A DNA stretch of 64,000 nt from assembly GCA_963806535.1 (NCBI GenBank), contig CAWDYC010000003.1, positions 416,001-480,000 on the forward strand, written 5' to 3'. The translations under genes and the position numbers were made by a program. The stretch is from Candidatus Bathyarchaeota archaeon (GTDB lineage: Archaea > Thermoproteota > Bathyarchaeia > Bathyarchaeales > Bathycorpusculaceae). The notes under the pieces were generated by a model. The model was given only the letters and a program-made list of their open reading frames with translations, made no database searches and was not told the origin of the DNA. Position 1 is the stretch's first letter, and each line of letters starts with the position of its first letter. Below, piece after piece: positions 41,174 through 51,069 of this stretch.

Positions 41174-42403
41174 TTACCGAATTATTTTTAGTGTTATAAA
41201 CGCAGCAAGGAAGATTACTGCGGCAATAATGAATGTTGGAAGATAATTCAAGTTATAAGCGAGGAAAGGCCCCAGGAAAGCGCCTATTGCCGCTCCTAAA
41301 CCCACCATTCCATCGAAGAAGCCGACTTTTCCTTCAGGTATAACCTCCATGGAAAGCGAAAGCATCATAATGTAATAAATTGCATAAGAAAAACCTAGGC
41401 ACACAAGAAGAATACAAGTTACGAATATAGGTGCAATAGCAAGCGAAATTAACGCAACCAAAACAAAAACAAGAAGGCTGCGGAAAAGGATGAAACGAGG
41501 CATTTGCTTTTTCATATTCATCGAGTTTGCTCGCCCACGAATAAAGAAATAACCTACTGTTGCACCAGCAGAATTAATGATGTACGCCAGGTACACATAT
41601 TGCTGGTGGCCGCCAAACACGTCGCGGAGATATATTGGTAATGGCGTAAAAAACAAGCTTGTGGCAAGAGCGAACAGAACTATTGCAAATGCAAATCCTA
41701 AAAATCTGTCTTCTTTGAGTGACCCATCCCAACGTAATCCATTCATAATTCTTGATAAAGCGTCAAATCCACGATTTGCATTATCCATCTTCCTTTCTAT
41801 ACTTACCAAGCGTCTTTCAAAAATCATTAAAGGGTCTGCAATGAGGGCTAAAGCAAGAACTAATGCAACTACGTTTAATCCGCTGCAAAGGTAAAAAGAA
41901 TAATTTGACAAAACAGAGAAGCTCAGAGCTGAAGCAAATAGTGCCAATCCAGCAGCTAAACCAATGATAAAGCCTATTTCGGTTATGCCCTCGTATAATC
42001 CAAAAGATTTTTCCCAATCGCAACGACTATAGTGCTCAGTGACAAGCACGTTTTTTGGTGATTCATGTGCCACGTGAAGCATCTGCATAACAATGTACAA
42101 TATTACAAATGCGATGAGGTTCTGAGCAAATGGAAGGGTCATGAGGAATAGAATAAGCGCTATCGAAGCGAAAGAAAGCATGATAAAGATTTTGTAGTGC
42201 CTAGTCTTGTCGCAGAGGTACCCCCAGAGAAAAGAGGCAGGTATCGAGCAAAATATGGCTATGGAAGTCATGACTCCAAGCGCAAGGAGCGGACCACCCA
42301 AAATACTGGTGTTTTTGAAAACTACTACATACAGCGGTATGAAAACTGTTAGTAACCCAAATGCCATATCATGAAAGAAAAACCCCAACCGCCACATAGC
42401 CAA
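41174..42403 (-). CDS. MFS transporter
   Basis: ~12 TM, WGYLCDKTRHYK motif A variant. Confidence 0.85.
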   Translation of the reverse strand: MAMWRLGFFFHDMAFGLLTVFIPLYVVVFKNTSILGGPLLALGVMTSIAIFCSIPASFLWGYLCDKTRHYKIFIMLSFASIALILFLMTLPFAQNLIAFVILYIVMQMLHVAHESPKNVLVTEHYSRCDWEKSFGLYEGITEIGFIIGLAAGLALFASALSFSVLSNYSFYLCSGLNVVALVLALALIADPLMIFERRLVSIERKMDNANRGFDALSRIMNGLRWDGSLKEDRFLGFAFAIVLFALATSLFFTPLPIYLRDVFGGHQQYVYLAYIINSAGATVGYFFIRGRANSMNMKKQMPRFILFRSLLVFVLVALISLAIAPIFVTCILLVCLGFSYAIYYIMMLSLSMEVIPEGKVGFFDGMVGLGAAIGAFLGPFLAYNLNYLPTFIIAAVIFLAAFITLKIIR

Positions 42404-42751
42404 AAGACGACTTCACAGTTGCATTAAAGCTTTTGGCTAAATTAAAATAACTTGCTTAAAAAGTAGGCACGACTTAATATTTTCTCATAAATCCTTAATA
42501 TGAAGTCAGTGGAGACATCTTCCGCAAAATCCCTCTTCTTTCCACCAAATGACTGAGTCTTGTTTGGGTTGTAGTCTCAGTTTGGTCTAGCACTACGCTG
42601 TCGACATCGACATTAACTATCGCGTTTTTGCGTCTCTTTTTTTCTGTTTAATTTTCAATTTGGGAGAAGGTATATATGATTCTCTGTAATTTGGTTTCCC
42701 TATTTTTAAGGTCTTCTATAGTTTTATATGTGGGTTGGTAACAACTAGGGC

Positions 42752-42788
42752 TTTGTTGAGTGAGAGTTTTACGTTTTAGCTCAACAAA
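42752..42788 (+). promoter_or_regulatory. 5'-leader hairpin TTTGTTGAG...CTCAACAAA of surface-protein gene
   Basis: 9-bp perfect arms starting ~25 nt after TTTTATAT box (42722-42729). Confidence 0.5.
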
Positions 42789-42810
42789 ATATAATTGAAG
42801 GAAAAGAAAA

Positions 42811-45486
42811 ATGAAAATACTGAAAAAAAAAATTCCAGTTATTGCGATTGCAATATTCTTAATGCTTTCAATGTCAACTTCGATGATTCCTTTGCCTTCC
42901 GCTAGCGCACATTATCCTCCGTATATCGAACCTCACTGGGTTTACGTTTCTGCTTCGCCGTTAACAGTAGGTGTCAATCAGCAAGTACTAATTGTTATGT
43001 GGGACTCCGTTGCCAGGGCTATAACCAATCAGCCGGAATATTTCGATTTGAACATCACAAAGCCTGACGGCACAGCGGAACACTTGGGGCCGTTCGCAGG
43101 CGACCTGGCATCATCAACATACACTTTATACACACCCACTCAAGTTGGCACATACAAAGTCGTGGCCACAAGTGAAGCATACGTATACAGCGTTACGCCG
43201 CCTCCCAGTCTTTTCGGCCCGTCGACTTACACAACAAACGACACCATGCTAGCCTTATCAAGCGACCCAGCGAACTTCACCGTACAGCAGGAAGCAATAC
43301 CAGGATACCCAGAGGCTCCGCTTCCAACCAGCTACTGGACAACCCCAATTAACGGCATAAACAGAAACTGGTACGTGCTTGCAGGAGTCTGGCTCTCTGG
43401 TGCTGCGCAGAATGTTGGCCCAACCAGTAGATTCGCCTACGGCACAGGTCCAGAAACCGCGCATGTATTGTGGACACGCCAGTATTGGGATGGAGGCATA
43501 ATGGATGCGAGAGTTGGGAATTTCCAGGCTTACACAGGACAAGCATACGAGGACTTTGGTCTCTTTCCGCCAATAATCATGAACGGCAAACTCTACTATA
43601 ACGTGTACACACCCCCAAGATTCGGCTGGTACGAAGTAGACCTGTACACGGGACAAACATTAGTCTTCCACAACACAACTGGCACCTTCAACGACAACGG
43701 TCTGCTGGGCAACAACCCGCAACAGGTATACCAAGGAGCACTCACGTTCGGTCAGATACTAGACTTTGAGCACCCGAACTCCCACGGCGAATACCCATAC
43801 CTATGGTCAAACAACGCGATCCCAGCCATGCACGGTGGAACTGGATCAGACACCGACACATGGTCCATGTTTGACGCATTCACCGGACAATACATTCTCA
43901 ACCTAACCGGCATACCAACAACAGGCACAACAGTCTACCAGACACCACAGGGAAACATACTAAAATACGCCCTCACTAACTATGGAACCACCGCAAATCC
44001 ATCGTACAGACTAACAATATGGAACTCAACCGCAGCATTGGATCAGCCATATAGCGGCTTCTGGAGACCAGCAAACTACACGTACGGCCCCGGCGGCACC
44101 CCTGCTAATCCAGCAACAGGATTCCCAGGAGTGAACGTTCAACTTGGATATACGTTGAACGTGACAACACCATTGACAGGCGGAACTACTATTCGTGCCA
44201 TTCGTGAAGGCAAATTCATAATCGGTGGAACTACAGGAACCTATGACGGAAACGGCGGCGTGAGTGTTCCCGGTGTAATGTGGTGCTTGAGTCTGGCAAG
44301 AGGACAAGAAGGCACACTTCTGTGGAACAGAACCTTCACACCACCACCACAAACAGGCAACATAACCGTTAGCATGGGGACTGTGGATCCAGAAGACGGC
44401 GTCTTCGTCTTCTCTTGTGCACAAACGCTGCAACGATGGGGATATAGTATTGATACAGGACAGAAGCTATGGGGTCCAACGGCACCTGAAAATTCATGGA
44501 ACTACTATGGCATGAGCAGCAACATCTATCAAGGATTACTCTTAGGCTATGGCATAGGCGGAGTACTTGTTGCCTATAACATAACCACAGGAGTCGTAGT
44601 CTGGAATTACAAAGCCGAAAGCATTGGCTTCGAAAGCTACTACGGATATGTTCCAATCTCTGGCACAACCTGTTGTGACGGAAAAATCTACATATACTCA
44701 ACTGAGCACTCGCCAAGCGTGCCGCTAAGACGCGATTCACTGATGCGCTGCATCAACGCAACCAACGGAAAAGAAATGTGGAACATCACTGACTGGTTCA
44801 GTGGTGTCCCAGCAATCGCCGACGGATACCTAGTATCGATGAACCTGTACGACGATCAGATATACTGCTACGGCAAAGGACCAAGCGCCACCACAGTCAC
44901 AGCATCACCGAAAACCTCAGTACAAGGCGATAGCGTACTGATAGAAGGCACGATCATGGATATGTCTGCAGGCGTGACGATGGCCAAGGGACTAGACATA
45001 CCTGGTAACACCGGTGCGGCAGTATCAACCTTAGATGATCCGTCAATACTCGTGAAAGGCGTTGCAGCAGTATCTGATGCCGACCAGAAAGGCTGGATGG
45101 AACATATCTACATGCAGCAACCCGCCCCAACGAACGCAAAAGGCGTTGACATATCGTTAGACACGATCGATCCCAACAACAACTACATCCACATCGGCAA
45201 CACAACAAACGATCTCACCGGCATGTACAGCTTCGCGTTCACACCACAAGTTCCAGGCAAGTACACGATAATCGCTAGCTTCGCAGGCTCCAAATCCTAC
45301 GGCGCCTCGTACGCTGAAACATCAATCTTTGTAGGCAATCCAGCAGCAACACCAGCACCTTCTGTTACAGCTCAAGCAAACCTCGCAACTACATCAGATC
45401 TCATGTACTACATAGTCGGCGCCGCAGTCGCTATAATCCTTGCAATCGCTATAGTCGGCGTTTTAATGCTTAGAAAACGACCATAA
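42811..45486 (+). CDS. Large secreted PQQ-like beta-propeller / S-layer-like surface protein
   Basis: Signal peptide, PLPTSYWTTPING.NRNW, GPETAHVLWT, TGQKLWG, EHSP, YDDQIYCYGKGPSATTV, C-terminal TM + RKRP. Confidence 0.88.
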   Translation: MKILKKKIPVIAIAIFLMLSMSTSMIPLPSASAHYPPYIEPHWVYVSASPLTVGVNQQVLIVMWDSVARAITNQPEYFDLNITKPDGTAEHLGPFAGDLASSTYTLYTPTQVGTYKVVATSEAYVYSVTPPPSLFGPSTYTTNDTMLALSSDPANFTVQQEAIPGYPEAPLPTSYWTTPINGINRNWYVLAGVWLSGAAQNVGPTSRFAYGTGPETAHVLWTRQYWDGGIMDARVGNFQAYTGQAYEDFGLFPPIIMNGKLYYNVYTPPRFGWYEVDLYTGQTLVFHNTTGTFNDNGLLGNNPQQVYQGALTFGQILDFEHPNSHGEYPYLWSNNAIPAMHGGTGSDTDTWSMFDAFTGQYILNLTGIPTTGTTVYQTPQGNILKYALTNYGTTANPSYRLTIWNSTAALDQPYSGFWRPANYTYGPGGTPANPATGFPGVNVQLGYTLNVTTPLTGGTTIRAIREGKFIIGGTTGTYDGNGGVSVPGVMWCLSLARGQEGTLLWNRTFTPPPQTGNITVSMGTVDPEDGVFVFSCAQTLQRWGYSIDTGQKLWGPTAPENSWNYYGMSSNIYQGLLLGYGIGGVLVAYNITTGVVVWNYKAESIGFESYYGYVPISGTTCCDGKIYIYSTEHSPSVPLRRDSLMRCINATNGKEMWNITDWFSGVPAIADGYLVSMNLYDDQIYCYGKGPSATTVTASPKTSVQGDSVLIEGTIMDMSAGVTMAKGLDIPGNTGAAVSTLDDPSILVKGVAAVSDADQKGWMEHIYMQQPAPTNAKGVDISLDTIDPNNNYIHIGNTTNDLTGMYSFAFTPQVPGKYTIIASFAGSKSYGASYAETSIFVGNPAATPAPSVTAQANLATTSDLMYYIVGAAVAIILAIAIVGVLMLRKRP

Positions 45487-45548
45487 AATCTGAAACCAAA
45501 ACTATCCCTTTTCTTTTTTTACTTTTAAAACAATCAAGCGCAAACACG

Positions 45549-45737
45549 ATGAAGTACATACATACAATAGAATTTAAAGAACAAGATTACGAAGAAACAG
45601 TCGCCACGACACCTGAAGAAGTACGTCAACTCGGAAAAGCTGGTTGGGTAAAATACGACGAAATGTCTATGAACGGAACTCAAATGCACTTCTACCGTAA
45701 GTCTAAACGATTTGGCGGACTGAATGCATATCTCTAA
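45549..45737 (+). pseudogene. C-terminal remnant of tyrosine integrase
   Basis: NTMKYIH..EQDYEETVATTPEEVRQLGKAGW..FYRK parallels the tail NTMSYTQ..EQDYVVKVAWTLEEACKLLEGGF..IFRKPK of the integrase at 56423-57730. Confidence 0.75.
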
Positions 45738-45815
45738 TAAATCAAATCTATCTCAGATAAATCCTTAATAGAGAGTTGCCCAATTTCATACTGCGCTGGA
45801 GAGTTTAACAGCAAA

Positions 45816-46208
45816 ATGGCAAAATTCAAGATAATAGTATCAGATCCTGAAACAGGAACTTCCAAAGTGGTTGAACTTGAAGAGGTACGTGCAGTTCCAT
45901 TTATCGGTAGAAGACTTGGAGAAATAATAGACGGCGCAGTAGTAGATCTGCCAGCGCATAAAGTGCAAATAATGGGCGGCTCCGATAGAGATGGTGTTCC
46001 CATGAGGGGAAACGTTCATGGTGGTGTCCGCCGAAAAGTTGTGCTTAGTGGTGGAGCAGGCTTTAGCCCTAAGAAAAGTGGAGAAAGAAGACGCAAAACA
46101 GTTCGCGGAAGCACAATAACAGATGAAATTGCACAGATAAACATGAAAATAGTCGAAAAACCAGCTGCAAAAGCTGCAGAAGTTAAACCTCAGCAGGCTG
46201 CAAAATAG
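45816..46208 (+). CDS. rps6e: 30S ribosomal protein S6e
   Basis: FKIIVSDP, GGSDRDGVPMR, GERRRKTVRG. Confidence 0.96.
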   Translation: MAKFKIIVSDPETGTSKVVELEEVRAVPFIGRRLGEIIDGAVVDLPAHKVQIMGGSDRDGVPMRGNVHGGVRRKVVLSGGAGFSPKKSGERRRKTVRGSTITDEIAQINMKIVEKPAAKAAEVKPQQAAK

Positions 46209-46295
46209 AAAAGTTTGGCAAGCGCATGCTTAAAACTTATAAAGTAGCCAATAGTTCATTCATATTTCAATAGTTTATGTTGAGAAGAGAATAAC

Positions 46296-47549
46296 ATGAG
46301 TAACACTAGCAAAGCTTTACCTAAGCAGCCAGAAGTCAACGTAGGCACCATAGGCCACGTAGACCATGGCAAAACAACCTTGGTACAAGCATTAACTGGT
46401 GTTTGGGCTTCTCGGCACAGCGAAGAACTCAAAAGAGGCATCACCATAAAACTCGGTTATGCCGACATGCCTATTTACAAATGTCCAAAATGTGAACCAC
46501 CAAAAAACTTTACGATCAAACCTTATTGTGAATTCTGCAATTCTGAAGCTGAATTTGTTCGAGCGATAAGTTTTGTTGACGCACCTGGCCATGAAGCATT
46601 AATGGCCACGATGCTTTCAGGTGCAGCAATTATGGATGGTGCGATTTTGGTTATTGCTGCTGACGAACCATGCCCTCAACCGCAGACACGAGAGCATCTA
46701 GCAGCTGCCGAAGTTAGCGGTATAAAGAATTTGATTATTGTTCAGAACAAAATCGATATTGTAGATGAGAAAAGGGCACTTGAAAGTTATAAAGAAATCA
46801 AAAATTTCATCAAAGGTACAGTGGCTGAGAAAGCGCCAATTATTCCAATCTCAGCCCAGCGAGGAATAAATATAGACGTACTGCTAAATGCTATTCAAAC
46901 AATAATCCCTACTCCAAAAAGAGACGAAACCAAACAGCCCCTTATGTTCATAATCCGTTCTTTCGATATTAACAAACCCGGAACCACTATTGAAACATTA
47001 GAAGGCGGGATTATTGGTGGAACCATTGCTCAAGGAAAATTTGTCGTTGGCGAAGAAATAGAAATTCGCCCAGGCATCAGTGCCGAAAGAGAAGGAAAAA
47101 CAGTTTATGATCCACTAATAAGTGAAATAGTAAGTTTGAATGCTGGCGAGCAAAGCGTCAAAGAAGCAACTTGCGGAGGACTAATAGGAGTAGGAACTTG
47201 CCTTGATCCCTCTTACGCAAAAGCAGACGGTCTAACAGGCAGCATTGCAGGAAAGGCTGGAATGCTTCCACCAACATTAACAGAGCTCACTTTAGAAACT
47301 CATGTTTTAGAGCGAGCAGTAGGAACCAAAGACTTATTGAAAGTTGAAAAATTTAATCCTGACGAAGTTCTGCTGCTTCACGTTGGTTCAGCAGTAAACG
47401 TTGGTAAAATTCTCTCAATTAAACAAAACGTGATAAAAGTCAAGTTAACAAGGCCTATTTGTGCGTTGCCAGGTTCCAGAGTTGCAATTAGCAGAAAAAT
47501 TACTGCTCGCTGGAGACTCATCGGATACGGGCTTATTGTAACAAAATAA
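46296..47549 (+). CDS. eif2g: Translation initiation factor aIF2 gamma
   Basis: GHVDHGKT, RGITIKLGY, DAPGHE, QPQTREH, QNKID, WRLIGYG. Confidence 0.97.
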   Translation: MSNTSKALPKQPEVNVGTIGHVDHGKTTLVQALTGVWASRHSEELKRGITIKLGYADMPIYKCPKCEPPKNFTIKPYCEFCNSEAEFVRAISFVDAPGHEALMATMLSGAAIMDGAILVIAADEPCPQPQTREHLAAAEVSGIKNLIIVQNKIDIVDEKRALESYKEIKNFIKGTVAEKAPIIPISAQRGINIDVLLNAIQTIIPTPKRDETKQPLMFIIRSFDINKPGTTIETLEGGIIGGTIAQGKFVVGEEIEIRPGISAEREGKTVYDPLISEIVSLNAGEQSVKEATCGGLIGVGTCLDPSYAKADGLTGSIAGKAGMLPPTLTELTLETHVLERAVGTKDLLKVEKFNPDEVLLLHVGSAVNVGKILSIKQNVIKVKLTRPICALPGSRVAISRKITARWRLIGYGLIVTK

Positions 47550-47557
47550 AAAAATGC

Positions 47558-47995
47558 CTAATCTGTAGGCTTTATTAAACCGTTCTTCTTCAAAAAATCT
47601 TGCGCCTTTTGAAGAGTATCTTTAGCGTTTTTGAAAGAGAGTTTTTCCATTGCATGCTGGTAATCTAACCAAACATAACCTACATGTTCAAAGGACAACT
47701 GTACTTTGTCAGTGTATGATTCCATAACAAAAAATACTACTTCTTTGTTGACCGTTAAACCCTGTCTACGGTAAAAATAAGTGATTGGTTCTCTAAAGCC
47801 TTCTATGAATTGAGCATCAACTATGCCTGTTTCCTCTTGTAGTTCGCGAACTACGGTTTGCTTTTCATTTTCGTCTGGTTCAACGTTGCCTTTAACAAAA
47901 TCCCAATGTCCTGCCGCATAATTAAGAAGAAGATATTTTGTCACGTCATCCTTCTTGAAGAAAATTACTGCGCCACAAGATTTCTCGCGAAGCAT
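47558..47995 (-). CDS. NUDIX hydrolase (Ap4A hydrolase-like)
   Basis: EKSCGAV, GHWDFVKGNVE..RELQEETGI, LSFEH. Confidence 0.88.
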   Translation of the reverse strand: MLREKSCGAVIFFKKDDVTKYLLLNYAAGHWDFVKGNVEPDENEKQTVVRELQEETGIVDAQFIEGFREPITYFYRRQGLTVNKEVVFFVMESYTDKVQLSFEHVGYVWLDYQHAMEKLSFKNAKDTLQKAQDFLKKNGLIKPTD

Positions 47996-48143
47996 ACATT
48001 TCACCCAACTGTTGCTCAATTCAATTACTTATTGTATTTAAACTGATAGCAAGTTTGAGGTTAAAGGGCAATTAAATCAATTATGAAGTATTAAAAATTT
48101 TTAAGTGTGGAAACAAATTTTTATGAAATAGGAGCCGCATTAA

Positions 48144-48566
48144 GTGTCCACGTCACCAAAGAAAAAAGAGACACTAAAAATAATTTTAGATTCAAATGCG
48201 TTTTTTGTTTCCTTAGAGTTTAAAATAGATATTTTTTCCGAAGTTGAAGGTCTGTTAAATCGAAACGTTAATTTTGTTTTGCTATCTCCTGTAAAGCGCG
48301 AACTTGAACTTCTATCTGCCAAAGAATCTCCTAAAATTCGCAGGGAAGCTGCTTACGCCTTAAAGCTTGCTGAAAAATGTCAATACGTTCCTGTTGATAA
48401 TGACGAAAAACAAAGAACAGATGACATTATAGTTAAGGTAGCTAAAGCTTGGAATTCGCCTGTATTTACCAACGATAGTCAACTACGAAAGAGGCTAAGA
48501 GATATAAGCGTCCCAGTGATTTATCTGAGACAAAAATCTCGCTTAGAGATTGACGGATTGATATAA
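48144..48566 (+). CDS. PIN-domain protein (Fcf1/Utp24-like)
   Basis: IILDSNAF, TDDII, VFTND.QLRKRL..VPVIYLR; conserved context. Confidence 0.88.
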   Translation: MSTSPKKKETLKIILDSNAFFVSLEFKIDIFSEVEGLLNRNVNFVLLSPVKRELELLSAKESPKIRREAAYALKLAEKCQYVPVDNDEKQRTDDIIVKVAKAWNSPVFTNDSQLRKRLRDISVPVIYLRQKSRLEIDGLI

Positions 48567-48568
48567 CC

Positions 48569-49153
48569 ATGTTTAAGCTCATAACACTTCAGGACACTAT
48601 CCGCATTCCACCTGAAACTTTCGGCAACCCATTGGAAAAAGTGGGACGCGAACAAGTCAAGCAGAAATACGAAGGCGTTGTTGACGAGGAATTAGGGTAT
48701 GTAATTTCAGTTACAAGCATAGAAGTTAGCCCAATTGGGAAGATTATTCCAGGCGACGGCGCAACTTTTCACAAAGTAACATTTTCATTGTTAACATTCT
48801 ACCCAGTAATTCAAGAAATCGTGGAAGGAGACGTGGTCGAAATCGCAGATTTCGGAGCTTTCGTCCGAATCGGACCCGTAGACGCATTGCTTCACGTTTC
48901 ACAGCTTATGGACGACTATATCTCTTATGACGAAAAGCAAGGAGTCCTGCTGGGAAAGGAAAGTAAAAGAAAAGTAACCACAGGCGACCAAGTACGTGTT
49001 AGAATAACAGCGGTTTCCCTCGGCAGAGCTGGAAGCTCTGGAAAAATCGGTGTTACAGCCAGGCAGCCATTCCTAGGTAAACTTGACTGGCTAAAGGAGA
49101 CACCTCCAGTTCCAGAAAAGAAACAGGCTGAAGGCAAAGAAAAAGTCGCATAA
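48569..49153 (+). CDS. rpoE1: RNA polymerase subunit Rpo7 (E')
   Basis: IRIPP, IIPGDGA, FGAFVRIGPVDALLHVSQ. Confidence 0.96.
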   Translation: MFKLITLQDTIRIPPETFGNPLEKVGREQVKQKYEGVVDEELGYVISVTSIEVSPIGKIIPGDGATFHKVTFSLLTFYPVIQEIVEGDVVEIADFGAFVRIGPVDALLHVSQLMDDYISYDEKQGVLLGKESKRKVTTGDQVRVRITAVSLGRAGSSGKIGVTARQPFLGKLDWLKETPPVPEKKQAEGKEKVA

Positions 49154-49169
49154 ATCGGAGTGAAATTGA

Positions 49170-49355
49170 ATGAGTGAAAAATCATGCACTACCTGTCATT
49201 TCATAACAAAAGATAATGTATGCCCTAAATGTCGATCCACAAATTTTAGCGAAGATTTCAGCGGTTTAGTTGTAATGTTCGACCCAGAAAACTCAGCTAT
49301 CGCAAAAGCCATGAACATAAAAGAAAAAGGCAGATATGCACTAAAAGTGCGTTAA
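49170..49355 (+). CDS. spt4: Transcription elongation factor Spt4 (RpoE'')
   Basis: CTTCH..CPKC..FSGLV..DPENSAIA..GRYALKVR. Confidence 0.95.
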   Translation: MSEKSCTTCHFITKDNVCPKCRSTNFSEDFSGLVVMFDPENSAIAKAMNIKEKGRYALKVR

Positions 49356-49423
49356 TTCTATTTTTAACACAGCATGGTAACTTTGACAACCCTCAAACTT
49401 TGGAGCCTTTAAGGTAAAAATCC

Positions 49424-49972
49424 ATGACGGTTGCCTACAGAATTACACCAAAGCTTCGAACGAAATTCAAAGAACCTTTCGGCATTTTAATTCAAGGCGC
49501 ATTTAATGAAACGATGAGTAAAATGAAAGAGTTGGTCGATTGCGAGAAACCGCAAACGCTAATTTCTGTTGGAGATGTGGTTTCTCATAACTTGCATGAA
49601 CACAATGTTCACCCTCAAATAACAATTATTGATAATAAATTTCTTAGAACCAAAAGCATGCCTGAAGCGGGGTCAGCTGAAAAAACAGTGAATGTAAATA
49701 ATCCTAAGGGAACTATCACTGAAGAATCAATTTTAGCTATCAAGGAAGCCATTGAAAAAAAACTGCACACCCACATTGTTGTTAAGGGTGAGGAGGATTT
49801 GCTTACTCTAATCGCTGTTCTGTATGCTCCGGAAAACGCTTTCGTGGTTTATGGGCAACCTTATACAGGTATTGTCGTTGTCAAAGTAACAGCCGAAAAG
49901 AAGGCTCAGGCTCAAGAATTCTTAAATGCCATGAAACCCTTAGAAAAGCTAAATAAGAAGAAAACTGTATGA
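49424..49972 (+). CDS. GTP-dependent dephospho-CoA kinase (DUF359)
   Basis: KEPFG, SVGDVV, NPKGTI, GEEDLL, YGQP. Confidence 0.9.
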   Translation: MTVAYRITPKLRTKFKEPFGILIQGAFNETMSKMKELVDCEKPQTLISVGDVVSHNLHEHNVHPQITIIDNKFLRTKSMPEAGSAEKTVNVNNPKGTITEESILAIKEAIEKKLHTHIVVKGEEDLLTLIAVLYAPENAFVVYGQPYTGIVVVKVTAEKKAQAQEFLNAMKPLEKLNKKKTV

Positions 49973-49997
49973 ACTTTACGCCTTAAAGTGAATAATA

Positions 49998-50309
49998 ATG
50001 CAAATCAAAATTGAATCAAGCAAAAATAACCCGCTTCTGAAACGTAAAGAAGTAGTTTTTACGATTATTCAAGGTCCAAAAGAAAAGACGCCCCCAAGGC
50101 TAGAAGTAAAAAGGGCCGTAGCAATTGAAATGAAGACCGCTGATGAAGTAGTTTTCATTAAGAGAATGCACACAAAAACGGGAACGAGCATTACAACAGG
50201 AGACGCTAACGTTTACCAAAATGTTGCGCAAGCTACAATGGTGGAACCTGAATATATCAGGAAACGTAACAGTCCACCTGAAAAACCCAAAGAAGAGGCT
50301 CCAGCATAA
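49998..50309 (+). CDS. rps24e: 30S ribosomal protein S24e
   Basis: NPLLKRKEV, TPPR, EPEYIRKRN. Confidence 0.93.
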   Translation: MQIKIESSKNNPLLKRKEVVFTIIQGPKEKTPPRLEVKRAVAIEMKTADEVVFIKRMHTKTGTSITTGDANVYQNVAQATMVEPEYIRKRNSPPEKPKEEAPA

Positions 50310-50590
50310 TGTCCAAAAAAGCACCAGTAAAGAAAGAAGAAGCACCTGCGGCAGCACCACCAGCAACGGCAGAAGCAGCGCCAGCAGCAAAACCTCAGAA
50401 AGCAGAGAAGAAAAGAGAAAAGAAACATAAAGTAGAGAAAGGGATTCATGCTATGTACAAGGTTGAAGGAGACAAATGCAATAAAGCTCGTCCAACATGC
50501 GAGCGATGTGGACCAGGATTCTTCATGGGCGATCATCATGACAGGTACACTTGCGGCCACTGCGGCTTTACTCGTTATAAGCAAAAATAA
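50309..50590 (+). CDS. rps27ae: 30S ribosomal protein S27ae with Ala/Pro-rich N-terminal extension
   Basis: CERCGPGFFMGDHHDRYTCGHCGFT. Confidence 0.93.
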   Translation: MSKKAPVKKEEAPAAAPPATAEAAPAAKPQKAEKKREKKHKVEKGIHAMYKVEGDKCNKARPTCERCGPGFFMGDHHDRYTCGHCGFTRYKQK

Positions 50591-50626
50591 GCAGTTTTAA
50601 ATTCACCTCTGCAGGATTAGGTTCTG

Positions 50627-51064
50627 ATGACAGAAATGCTTAGAGTTAACGTCCTTATTACCAGCATTTCGGCTGAACGATTTTGGGACATCAGAAAACC
50701 GATACCGCCTATTCAGATAAACACAAACATTAATGTTGTTGGCATGGAAAAGAAACAAGATGGAACTTTAGAGGTACCTTTTGTTTTGTCAATTGGATTT
50801 AATCCCTCTATAGCTCAAATGAGCATTAAAGGAAATGCACTTGTTAATGGCGAAAAAAACGAGATTGACAAAGCCCTAAAAGATTATGAGCAGAAAAAGC
50901 CACCGCCACAGATAATAATTCAGTCAGTTTCCAACGTTGTCTTTATTGAATCTGTGCTCATATCTAGAATACTGAATCTTCCTCCACCGATTCCGCTGCC
51001 ACAGATTCCTGAAACTGGAAAACCGCCAAGCTCTAAGCCCGAAGGCAGAGACTACAGTGCTTGA
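50627..51064 (+). CDS. Conserved hypothetical protein, possible SecB-like fold
   Basis: Beta-rich N-terminus, long helix, LNLPPPIPLP tail. Confidence 0.65.
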   Translation: MTEMLRVNVLITSISAERFWDIRKPIPPIQINTNINVVGMEKKQDGTLEVPFVLSIGFNPSIAQMSIKGNALVNGEKNEIDKALKDYEQKKPPPQIIIQSVSNVVFIESVLISRILNLPPPIPLPQIPETGKPPSSKPEGRDYSA

Positions 51065-51069
51065 GATAT

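Larger units (their letters stand above)
42487..45770. mobile_element. Putative integrated cassette bounded by 14-bp direct repeat ATAAATCCTTAATA
   Basis: Exact repeat at 42487-42500 and 45757-45770; encloses surface-protein gene and integrase C-terminal remnant. Confidence 0.6.

Noticed and set aside
42544-42587. Hairpin ACCAAA-TGA-CTGAG...CTCAG-TTTGGT as an ncRNA
   Set aside because: A single hairpin with no family motif or independent support
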